Source: an uncultured Bdellovibrionales bacterium
Lineage (GTDB): Bacteria > Patescibacteriota > Minisyncoccia > Moranbacterales > JAKLHP01
Direction of reading: 5' to 3'
Assembly (NCBI GenBank): GCA_964440305.1
Contig: CAYTRS010000001.1
Location: forward strand, 1 to 58,025
Length of the DNA stretch: 58,025 nt
Shown: positions 17,532 through 25,516 of the stretch, piece after piece
Layout: every line of letters begins with the position of its first letter
How positions within the stretch are numbered: position 1 is the stretch's first letter
Position numbers and translations under genes: made by a program
The notes under the pieces: model-generated
Database searches by the model: none
The model's input: the letters and a program-made list of their open reading frames with translations, nothing else
Told to the model about the DNA's origin: nothing

Positions 17532-18944
17532 ATGAAAATAAAAACCATATCAATAATTGTTATTGTGGCATTCTCCTCCTTTCTTTTTTCTGGATGCTTT
17601 AAAAGCAAGGATCAGGGATACAAGGTCAATTTGGAAATCTGGGGAGCTTTTGATGACAGCGGAACTTTTTCCGAAGCTATCAATGAGTATAGGAAAATAA
17701 ATCCGTATGTCGGTGAGATAAAATACAGGAAACTAACCGTTGATTCTTACAAGAAAGAAGTTATTGACACAATGGCTTCCGGCCAGGGTCCGGATATTTT
17801 TCTGATTCACAATACCTGGCTTCCTTCTTTCAAGGACAAGACAGAGCCTTCTCCTGACTGGATAACAACGGAGCAGGAATTCAGAAATAACTTTGTTGAC
17901 GTAGCGGCGGATGATTTTCTGGATGGAGGAAAAATTTATGCCGTTCCCTTAAGCGTAGATTCACTGGCGCTTTATTACAATAAGGATTTGTTTAATGCGG
18001 CAGGAATAGTCAATCCTCCGTCGACTTGGGAAGAGTTTAATGCCGCTTCCAAAGCGCTTACCAAAATAGGTCCCAATGGGCAAATTATTCAAGCGGGAGC
18101 GGCACTCGGAACTGCCTACAATATTAATCGCTCAACTGATGTTCTGGGCCTGCTGATGTTTCAGAACGGGGTGCAAATGGCAAACAGGGATAAGTTAGAA
18201 GCAACTTTTGACAAGGCTGTTTCCGGTGCGGAAAATTTGCAATATACAAGATCGGGAGAAAACGCCTTGAATTATTATACCCAATTTGCTTCTTCGGGAG
18301 CGATGTATTGCTGGAATCCGACGATGCATTATTCCATAGACGCTTTTTATGAAAATACAGTGGCAATGATGATTAACTATTCCTGGCACTACCAAACCAT
18401 CAAAGCGAAAAATTCCAAGCTAAATTTTGCGGTTGCTCCTGTTCCCCAGCTTTCCAAAGATAACCCGATAAATTATGCGAACTATTGGGGATTTGCGGTT
18501 TCCAAAAATAAAAGTGCAAGCTTGCAGGACGACAGAAAAGAAAAATCCGCCTATGACGAAGAAACCATGAGGAAAGTTCGAATTCATGAATCATGGCAGT
18601 TTTTGAAATTCCTCACGATGAAAAACGGGGGAAAAATAACTCTGCGCAACGGAATTACCGGAAATACGAAAGATTTTCCGATTTCCATAGATCCGGCAAA
18701 AAAATATTCCGAGGAAACCGGAAAGCCGGCAGGCAGACGTGATATAATAGCAGGGCAAAAAGACAGTCCCGTTTTGGGTCCGTTTGCTTATGGGAACCTG
18801 ATAGCCAAAAGCTGGTATCAAAAAGATCCGGAAGCGACGGAGGTAATTCTGGCAGATATGATTGATTCGGTGAATAGGGGAAGATTGAGCTCTTATGAAG
18901 CGCTGAAGCTTGCGGCAAACCGGGTGACGAATTTGATGAGGTAA
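17532..18944 (+). CDS. Extracellular solute-binding lipoprotein (ABC-type, sugar-binding family 1-like)
   Basis: Lipobox LFSGC. GPDIFLIHNTWLPSF, YAVPLSVDSLALYYNKDLF and WEEF are motifs typical of SBP_bac_1. No permease or ATPase genes adjacent. Confidence 0.75.
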   Translation: MKIKTISIIVIVAFSSFLFSGCFKSKDQGYKVNLEIWGAFDDSGTFSEAINEYRKINPYVGEIKYRKLTVDSYKKEVIDTMASGQGPDIFLIHNTWLPSFKDKTEPSPDWITTEQEFRNNFVDVAADDFLDGGKIYAVPLSVDSLALYYNKDLFNAAGIVNPPSTWEEFNAASKALTKIGPNGQIIQAGAALGTAYNINRSTDVLGLLMFQNGVQMANRDKLEATFDKAVSGAENLQYTRSGENALNYYTQFASSGAMYCWNPTMHYSIDAFYENTVAMMINYSWHYQTIKAKNSKLNFAVAPVPQLSKDNPINYANYWGFAVSKNKSASLQDDRKEKSAYDEETMRKVRIHESWQFLKFLTMKNGGKITLRNGITGNTKDFPISIDPAKKYSEETGKPAGRRDIIAGQKDSPVLGPFAYGNLIAKSWYQKDPEATEVILADMIDSVNRGRLSSYEALKLAANRVTNLMR

Positions 18945-18954
18945 ACAGCGACAC

Positions 18955-19030
18955 CAATCCACGAATGCATGCGAATGCTACGAATATTTCGTGTCATTCG
19001 TGTGTAATTCGTATTATTTGCATCGCTTAT
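18955..19030 (+). repeat. CATTCG-word hairpin module (copy F) abutting a start codon
   Basis: ccacgaatgcatgcgaatgctacgaatatttcgtgtcattcgtgtgtaattcgtattatttgcatcgcttat|ATG. Imperfect ~24-nt inverted arms. Confidence 0.7.
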
Positions 19031-20038
19031 ATGAAAATAAATATAAAAATCGGTTTAATAATTTTTCTGTTTTCCTTTTTTGGTTTTGTTGAAATCAACA
19101 AAGTCAATGCGGCTGCAGGATTGGGAGATGCATGCAGCGCTTTATCTGGAGGAGTTACTTGTGATTCAGGATTGACTTGTGTTGATTGCCCATATATGAA
19201 CTGCGCTTTTCCCAAATGGTGCCAGACAGTTGCGGGATGGCCGGATTATTTTCCTAAAGATAAAAATGGACTTAAGGAATGTTCAGTCGTTGCTGATTGT
19301 GTTAGCACTTTTGATTATTTGTTGTGTATGCCTTGTGAAAAAATGAGTGCATTCGCGTGTGCATCCGGAGGATTATGTGTGAGCAGTAGTATGCCTACAG
19401 CACTATTTAATGAATACATAGAAAGAGTTTCCGAATCCGATCCTTCTGTTGATGAGGAGGGTGACGACCCTTCTGTAGACGAAGAAGATGATAGTGACGG
19501 TGCCATCACCCCAACCGCTTTTACCAACCCTCTCGATTTCTCTACCGTAGAAGGTTTCCTTGCCAGCGTCCTCAATAGCCTTAGAACCATCATCGCCATC
19601 CTCGCCATCATATTTATGATTATCGGAGGAATCCTCTATATCACCTCCGTCGGAAACGAAAAGCAGATTACCACCGCCAAACACGCCATGACCTATGCCA
19701 TGGTCGGTCTGGCCATCGGAGTAGCCGCCCCCTCCTTCCTCAAAGAAATAGCTACTATCCTTGAATGGGGCGCTACCGATGAGGAATTGACGGGAGAATT
19801 GACAAAAGCCCTCACTCTTGCCGAAATCGGCCTTAACGTCCTCAACTTCCTCCTTTCCATCGTCGGAGTGCTGGCTCTCATTATGATGGTAGTCGGAGGA
19901 ATAATGTATTTTACCGCTGCCGCCGACGAAAAACAGGTGGAAACCGCCAAAAAGATATTCAAATACGCCATCTATGGAATCACCATTTCCCTAGCTTCAC
20001 TTCTAATTGTGAAACAAATTGGGAGTTTATTGGTGTAG
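19031..20038 (+). CDS. Cys-rich head + acidic linker + two tandem VirB2-like 'T4SS pilin' domains
   Basis: Signal peptide, ~95-aa region with ~14 Cys, and a 9-aa tandem repeat DPSVDEEGD/DPSVDEEDD. Two copies of the pilin pattern follow (IIGGILYITSVGNEKQITTAKHAMTYAMVGLAIG and VVGGIMYFTAAADEKQVETAKKIFKYAIYGITIS). Start set at ATG 19031, not 18965, because the upstream ORF part reads through repeat F. Confidence 0.65.
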   Translation: MKINIKIGLIIFLFSFFGFVEINKVNAAAGLGDACSALSGGVTCDSGLTCVDCPYMNCAFPKWCQTVAGWPDYFPKDKNGLKECSVVADCVSTFDYLLCMPCEKMSAFACASGGLCVSSSMPTALFNEYIERVSESDPSVDEEGDDPSVDEEDDSDGAITPTAFTNPLDFSTVEGFLASVLNSLRTIIAILAIIFMIIGGILYITSVGNEKQITTAKHAMTYAMVGLAIGVAAPSFLKEIATILEWGATDEELTGELTKALTLAEIGLNVLNFLLSIVGVLALIMMVVGGIMYFTAAADEKQVETAKKIFKYAIYGITISLASLLIVKQIGSLLV

Positions 20039-20094
20039 AATTATTAATTATAGTTTTGAAATTTGTAATTTGAGCTTTGAAATTTAATCTTATT

Positions 20095-20550
20095 ATGTTA
20101 TTTAATGTTCCCCAATATATTGACATAGAAGACAAGATTGTCGGTCCGCTGACTGCAAAGCAGCTTCTTTGGATGATTGGAATGGGAGGAACCCTCTTGG
20201 TTCTCTGGGCTATTTTGGAAAAAACTGCATTTTTTTTCTCCGCTATTCCGGTTATTTTAATTTTTGTCGCGCTGGCATTCTATCGGCCGCACAACCAGCC
20301 TCTGTCTAGATTTATCGGACTCGGGTTTGTTTATTTTCTGCATCCGAAAATATATTTTTGGAAAAGGGAAGCGGAAGAGCTGAAAAAGACTTCAGGAGAA
20401 GGAAAGAAAAAAGAAGCTCCGGGCGAGCAAGGCAAAAAAATATCCGCCGATGATCTGGAGGTTTTGGCAAGAACCTTGGACAGCGAAGGAAGGGAAAGGA
20501 GCGAAAGAGTGATGCAATTAATAAAAGAAAGAAGAAAAAAAAATAGTTAG
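20095..20550 (+). CDS. PrgI-family (VirB3-like) T4SS membrane protein
   Basis: N-terminus MLFNVPQYIDIEDKIVGPLTAKQLLWMIGMGG followed by two TM helices, which matches the PrgI-family signature. ATG 20095 preferred over TTG 20077. Confidence 0.7.
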   Translation: MLFNVPQYIDIEDKIVGPLTAKQLLWMIGMGGTLLVLWAILEKTAFFFSAIPVILIFVALAFYRPHNQPLSRFIGLGFVYFLHPKIYFWKREAEELKKTSGEGKKKEAPGEQGKKISADDLEVLARTLDSEGRERSERVMQLIKERRKKNS

Positions 20551-20627
20551 TCCACAATCATTAGCAAACATTTCACGGATAAAATTAGAAATACTGTGAA
20601 CTACTGACTGCGGACTAATAACTAAAT

Positions 20628-21323
20628 ATGGAATTTTTAAATCCGAAAAAAGCATCGGGAAAAAACGGAGGAGCCAGCACTCAAAAATATATTGATGTGG
20701 AAAAGGTGGAGGATGGAGCAATAGTGCTAAAAAACGGCGCCTTGCGGGCGGTCCTGCTTGTTTCCTCCATTAATTTTGATTTGAAGTCCACGGAAGAGCA
20801 GGACTCAATTATCGGCCAATATCAAGGGTTTTTGAACTCCCTGGACTTTCCGGTGGAGATTTTGATAAGCTCCAGAAAGCTTAATATTCAGCCGTACCTT
20901 GATTTTTTGGAAAGCAAAGAACGCCAGCAAACAAACGAGCTTTTGCGCCTTCAAATTTCCGAGTATCGGGGATTTATCAAAAATTTGACCGAGGTTTCGA
21001 ATATAATGTCAAAATCCTTTTATATCATCGTTCCTTTTTCTCCGATAGAAAGCAAAGAAGGGGGATTTTTTGAAAAGATTTCCTCGATTATGAATCCGAA
21101 GCAAGTGATTTCCCAAAAGAAAGAGCTCTTTGAAACCTACAAGAACCAGCTTTGGCAGAGAGTAGATCACATTTCCGAATCATTGAGCGGAATAGGGGTG
21201 AATATAGTTCCGCTTAAAACGGAAGAAGCAATAGAGCTGCTGTATAATTCATACAATCCGTCAACTTATACCAATTCAATAATCAAAAATATCCAAGACG
21301 TGGAATTAAAGAATAATTTTTAG
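20628..21323 (+). CDS. Hypothetical protein resembling the N-terminal domain of VirB4-type ATPases (no NTPase motifs)
   Basis: IDVEKVEDGAIVLKNGALRAVLLVSSINFDLKSTEEQDSIIGQYQGFLNSLDFPVEILI parallels IIAPSALRVSINHVQVGETVAKTFFVITYP...IINIDFPMNIAMFI in the next ORF. Alignment was done by eye only. Confidence 0.5.
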   Translation: MEFLNPKKASGKNGGASTQKYIDVEKVEDGAIVLKNGALRAVLLVSSINFDLKSTEEQDSIIGQYQGFLNSLDFPVEILISSRKLNIQPYLDFLESKERQQTNELLRLQISEYRGFIKNLTEVSNIMSKSFYIIVPFSPIESKEGGFFEKISSIMNPKQVISQKKELFETYKNQLWQRVDHISESLSGIGVNIVPLKTEEAIELLYNSYNPSTYTNSIIKNIQDVELKNNF

Positions 21324-21325
21324 TT

Positions 21326-23143
21326 ATGTTTAAATTCGGAAAAAAAGATAAAAAAGAGACGGCAGTAGAGCTTCTTGACAGCGAAAGACTGTATCAGGAA
21401 GGCCAAGCGACGGTGAAGGATATTATTGCTCCTTCCGCGTTGCGCGTGTCAATTAATCATGTTCAGGTTGGTGAAACAGTGGCAAAAACATTTTTCGTGA
21501 TAACCTATCCAAGGTATCTTCACTCCAATTGGTTCTCGCCGATTATTAATATTGATTTTCCGATGAACATTGCAATGTTCATCCATCCGATGGATAACGG
21601 AGAAATTCTCAAAAGCCTTCGCAAAAGCGCGACTCAAGTAGAATCGCGGATTCAAATGGAAGCGGAAAGCGGAAAAATCAGGGATCCTATTTTGGAAACC
21701 GCCATCAAAGACATTGAAGACCTTCGGGACAAATTGCAGCAGGGAACGGAAAGATTTTTCCATTTCGGGCTTTATATGACTGTTTATGGGCAGAGCTTGG
21801 AGGAAGTAAATAAGATAGGCCGACAAATTGAAGCGATACTTGAAGCCCAGTTGGTTTATGTGAAAGAATCAGTTTTGAAGTCCGAACAAGGCTTTGCTTC
21901 CACTCTTCCTTTAGCCAATGATCAGCTTAATATTGCCAATAATCTTAACACCTCTCCCTTGTCTACTACTTTTCCTTTCATTTCTTCCGATCTTTCTTCC
22001 AATGAAGGAATTCTTTATGGAATAAACAGGCACAATAACAGTTTGGTTCTTTTTGACCGGTTTAAAATGGAAAACGCCAATATGGTGGTTTTTGCCAAAT
22101 CCGGAGCCGGAAAAAGCTATACGGTAAAGCTGGAAGTCTTGCGCTCCATGATGATGGGAACAGAAGTCATCATCATTGATCCGGAAAATGAATATCGTTA
22201 TTTGGCGGAAACAGTCGGAGGAACATTTATTAAAGTTTCCCTAGATTCAAAATCGCACCTCAATCCGTTCGATCTTCCGAAAATTGGAGATGAGGAAAAC
22301 CCGGAAGATGTTATCCGTAACACCATTGCCGGTCTCATCGGACTGCTCCACTTGATGCTGGGATCGGTTACCCCTGAAGAAGATTCAATTTTGGACAGAG
22401 CAATTAGAGAGACATATAACCTTCGCGACATTACCCCAGAAAGCAATTTTAAAGCCTTTACTCCCAATTCTTTTCCGACAATGACGGATCTTTATGAAGT
22501 TTTGTCCAATATGGAGGGGGCGGAATCTCTCGCCCAAAGGCTGGAAAAATATACCGAAGGAATTTTTTCCGGATTTCTCAATCATCCATCCAATGTCAAA
22601 ATTGACAGTCAAATAGTTGTTTTTAATATCAGAGATCTGGAGGAGGAGCTTCGCCCAGTGGCGATGTATATCGTTCTTCAGTTTATTTGGAATGAAATGA
22701 GATCAGAAGTGAGAAAAAGGCTAGTGGTAGTGGATGAAGCCTGGGTGATGATGCAGAATGAAGATGCCGCCTCTTTCCTTTTCGGAATTGCCAAGAGATG
22801 CCGCAAATATTATACCGGACTCACGACAATCACTCAAGACATTGCTGATTTTATGGCATCCAGATATGGAAAGCCCATAGTTACCAACTCTTCTATGCAG
22901 CTCCTTTTGCGCCAATCCCCGGCGGCGATTGACACGATCGTGGAAACTTTTTACCTTACTGACCAGGAAAAATTTCTGCTTCTGGAAAGCAATGTCGGAG
23001 AGGGAATATTTTTTGCCGGTCCCAAACACGCAGCTATCAAAGTCATTGCTTCCTATAGCGAAGACCAGGTGATTACTTCCGATCCCAGGCAACTTATGGA
23101 AATAGAAGAGGCTAAAAAAGAATTCAATGAGGAAAATGGATAA
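21326..23143 (+). CDS. VirB4/TrsE/PrgJ-like T4SS ATPase
   Basis: Walker A VVFAKSGAGKSYTVK, Walker B RLVVVDEAWVMM, then TTITQDIADF and LLLRQ. The N-domain pattern 'I.P....V......VG......F.V..YP' is typical of the VirB4 family. Confidence 0.8.
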   Translation: MFKFGKKDKKETAVELLDSERLYQEGQATVKDIIAPSALRVSINHVQVGETVAKTFFVITYPRYLHSNWFSPIINIDFPMNIAMFIHPMDNGEILKSLRKSATQVESRIQMEAESGKIRDPILETAIKDIEDLRDKLQQGTERFFHFGLYMTVYGQSLEEVNKIGRQIEAILEAQLVYVKESVLKSEQGFASTLPLANDQLNIANNLNTSPLSTTFPFISSDLSSNEGILYGINRHNNSLVLFDRFKMENANMVVFAKSGAGKSYTVKLEVLRSMMMGTEVIIIDPENEYRYLAETVGGTFIKVSLDSKSHLNPFDLPKIGDEENPEDVIRNTIAGLIGLLHLMLGSVTPEEDSILDRAIRETYNLRDITPESNFKAFTPNSFPTMTDLYEVLSNMEGAESLAQRLEKYTEGIFSGFLNHPSNVKIDSQIVVFNIRDLEEELRPVAMYIVLQFIWNEMRSEVRKRLVVVDEAWVMMQNEDAASFLFGIAKRCRKYYTGLTTITQDIADFMASRYGKPIVTNSSMQLLLRQSPAAIDTIVETFYLTDQEKFLLLESNVGEGIFFAGPKHAAIKVIASYSEDQVITSDPRQLMEIEEAKKEFNEENG

Positions 23144-23148
23144 ACGGT

Positions 23149-23856
23149 ATGTATATTGATTCACCGGAAAAAATAAGAAAACAGAAACTAGAACTGGAAA
23201 GAAATAATCTTTCCAGTTTGTCTAATAGAAAAAAAAGAAAAGAAAATGCTGAAAGAAATAGGAATTTTGAAGCACTTGGCTTTAAGAGGAAAAAGGGAGA
23301 CTCGAAAGATTCCTATAAAGAAAATTTTCCTGAAAATCTTATTCTTAATTCCGCCAATAAAGAAAGATTGCGGATGGCAAGAGCAGAAGTGAAGCGCGGG
23401 GTTGATGAAGCGGAAAACAACTCCAATACTTACGGAGAAGCTTTAGGATCTTTGAGCAGAGCAAGCAGGGGTGGAATTGCAGCTCCGGTTGAAGCATTAA
23501 AATTGGCTCATAGCTTCCGTCAAAAAGTTAAAGATCACGATAATTCTCCATATATTGTTTTGATATTAGTTGCGGTTGCCGCCGACTTTGCCGATTTTCT
23601 ATGGATAGCGGGCGTGTTTGGAAAGCTGCTTCTTTTCTATTTTCTTTGGGGAAAAGGAACTCTTAAGGTTAAGATAATTTTGAGAGCCCTTTTATTTATT
23701 GATTGCATTCCCTTTGTTGGCTGGCTTCCATTAAGCACAATTTCCGTGCTTTATGCTTGGAGAAATTCACATAAAGAAGCGGAAGAGGCTAAAGAAAAAC
23801 TGGAAAAGATGAATAAAAAAGGAATTCCGGATGAAGAATATTCCGAAGCAGCATAG
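23149..23856 (+). CDS. Hypothetical membrane protein (basic N-terminal region, 3 C-terminal TM helices) in the T4SS-like cluster
   Basis: Starts 5 nt after the VirB4 stop. TM helices YIVLILVAVAADFADFLWIAGVF, KLLLFYFLW and LLFIDCIPFVGWLPLSTISVLYAW. Confidence 0.55.
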   Translation: MYIDSPEKIRKQKLELERNNLSSLSNRKKRKENAERNRNFEALGFKRKKGDSKDSYKENFPENLILNSANKERLRMARAEVKRGVDEAENNSNTYGEALGSLSRASRGGIAAPVEALKLAHSFRQKVKDHDNSPYIVLILVAVAADFADFLWIAGVFGKLLLFYFLWGKGTLKVKIILRALLFIDCIPFVGWLPLSTISVLYAWRNSHKEAEEAKEKLEKMNKKGIPDEEYSEAA

Positions 23857-23987
23857 GCAGGCATAAAGTATTATGCGAAATATAAAGGGTGCTTTATTGA
23901 ATTTAACTGGACTATACACTATACTTTATACATAATCCCTGCCCGCAATGCTTCGCTTAGCGATACAGCGGGATTGACATACAATTT

Positions 23988-25516
23988 ATGCCTTCTAAAG
24001 TATTTTCCGCGGCGACAATCGGCCTTCAAAGTGAACTTGTGGAAGTAGAGGTGGATGTTTTGGGCCAAGGACTTCATAACTTTACCATAGTCGGACTTCC
24101 CGACACTTCTATAAAAGAATCGCGCGACAGGGTTTCTTCCGCTCTCAAGAATAGCGGATTCAAGCCTCCGCATCAGTGCGGGCGAATTACGGTCAACTTG
24201 GCTCCGGCCGATCTTCCCAAATTAAGCCCGATTTATGATCTTCCTATCGCGCTGGGCTTTCTTTTGGCAACCGGACAGCTCAATTTTGACCATAAAAAAA
24301 GATGTTTCTCGGAGAACTGGCGCTGGACGGAAGAGCCCGCCCGGTGCAGGGAGTTCTGCCTATCACTCTTTTTGCCAAAAGCAAGGGCTTTGAAGAAGTT
24401 TATGTTCCTCAAGAAAATGCGGCGGAAGCCAGTGTTGTTAGGGGAATAAAAGTAATTCCTGTAAAAAATCTTTACTTTTTAGTTGGGCATTTGGCAGGAA
24501 ACCAGCCGATTGATGTTTTTCCTCCGATTGACCACGAAAGCATATTTAAAAGTGGTGGAGATAATTTGATGGATATGGGATATATCAAGGGGCAGGAACA
24601 GGCGAAAAGAGCGCTGGAAATCGCAGCAGCGGGCGGGCACAATGTAATTTTCAACGGTCCTCCGGGGTCGGGAAAAACGCTTCTGGCAAAAACTATGCCT
24701 TCAATCCTGCCGCGCCTTAATCTTGATGAAAGCCTGGAAATAACCAAAATTTTTTCCATTTCCGGAAGGCTTCCTAAGGAAAAGCCTTTGGTAGTAAACC
24801 GTCCGTTCCGGTCGCCTCATCATAGTGCTAGTTCCGTATCATTGGTTGGAGGAGGAACTTATCCAAAGCCGGGGGAAATAAGTTTGGCGCACCGCGGAGT
24901 TTTGTTTTTGGATGAATTTGCAGAATTTCCAAGACCTGTTTTGGAGAATCTCCGCCAGCCGCTGGAAGACGGGGTAATCACAGTTTCGCGTGCGAAAGGT
25001 TCCCTTGAATTTCCGGCAAGATTCATTTTGGTGGCGGCGATGAATCCGTGTCCCTGTGGAAACGCGACTGATCCGGAAAAAGTCTGCTCCTGCACCCCAT
25101 CGCAGATAATAAAATACCAGAGAAAAATTTCCGGTCCGATTCTGGATCGGATCGATCTCCATGTGGAAGTGCCTAGGCTCAAATTTGAAAAACTGGAAAA
25201 AACAAAATCTGGAGAAGGGAGCGCTGATATTCGCGAAAGAGTAGAAAGAGCCAGGGAAATTCAGTCTAAAAGGCTTATAGATCTTCCAATTATGACCAAT
25301 AGTGAAATGGGTTCGGAACACATTGAAAAGCTTTGCCCCTTGGGAAAAGAAAGCATGGAACTCCTGCGGAGCGCCGTTTCCAGCCTGCGCTTGAGCGCGC
25401 GTGCCTATTTCCGGCTGATAAAAGTCGCCAGAACTATCGCGGATTTGGAAGAGGCAGAAAATATTCTGCCGGCTCATATTGCTGAAGCAGTGCAGTATAG
25501 ATTCAAAACCGAGTAA
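23988..25516 (+). pseudogene. comM: ComM/YifB Mg-chelatase-like AAA+ protein, interrupted by a frameshift at an A7 tract (24294-24300)
   Basis: ORF 23988-24449 encodes the N-domain (...LPIALGFLLATGQLNFDHKK). ORF 24302-25516 continues with MFLGELALDGRARPVQGVLP, Walker A GPPGSGKT, Walker B LFLDEF and a CPCG zinc motif. One extra A would give a continuous ...FDHKKKMFLGELALDG. Confidence 0.8.

Noticed and set aside
18965-19030. N-terminal extensions of track ORFs: 18965 for the pilin, 25479 for the RlpA-like gene, 42102 for rpoD, 5435 for the PD40 protein, 20077 for PrgI, 49045 for ssb, 51015 for uvrB and 48547 for rpsF.
   Set aside because: The extensions read through repeat elements or overlap the upstream gene, and are followed by an in-frame ATG that gives a canonical N-terminus or signal peptide. 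Internal starts were preferred. The rpoD and 25593 starts remain uncertain.
20628-23143. The 231-aa and 605-aa ORFs as a single VirB4 gene split by a frameshift (pseudogene).
   Set aside because: The 605-aa protein already has a complete N-domain plus the ATPase domain, and its length is typical of monoderm VirB4 homologs. The small ORF looks like a paralogous domain, not the missing N-terminus.
24839-25477. Long antisense ORFs. Examples: 24839-25477 (212 aa), 26902-27360, 30353-30982, 41192-41818, 22721-23164, 46302-46778, 51987-52448, 54781-55167.
   Set aside because: Each lies fully inside, and antisense to, a gene with unmistakable conserved motifs (comM, rsmA, pcrA, dnaG, virB4, rodZ-like, uvrB, uvrA). 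Their translations are low-complexity or Ser/Phe/Leu-rich with no motifs, which is typical of shadow ORFs.
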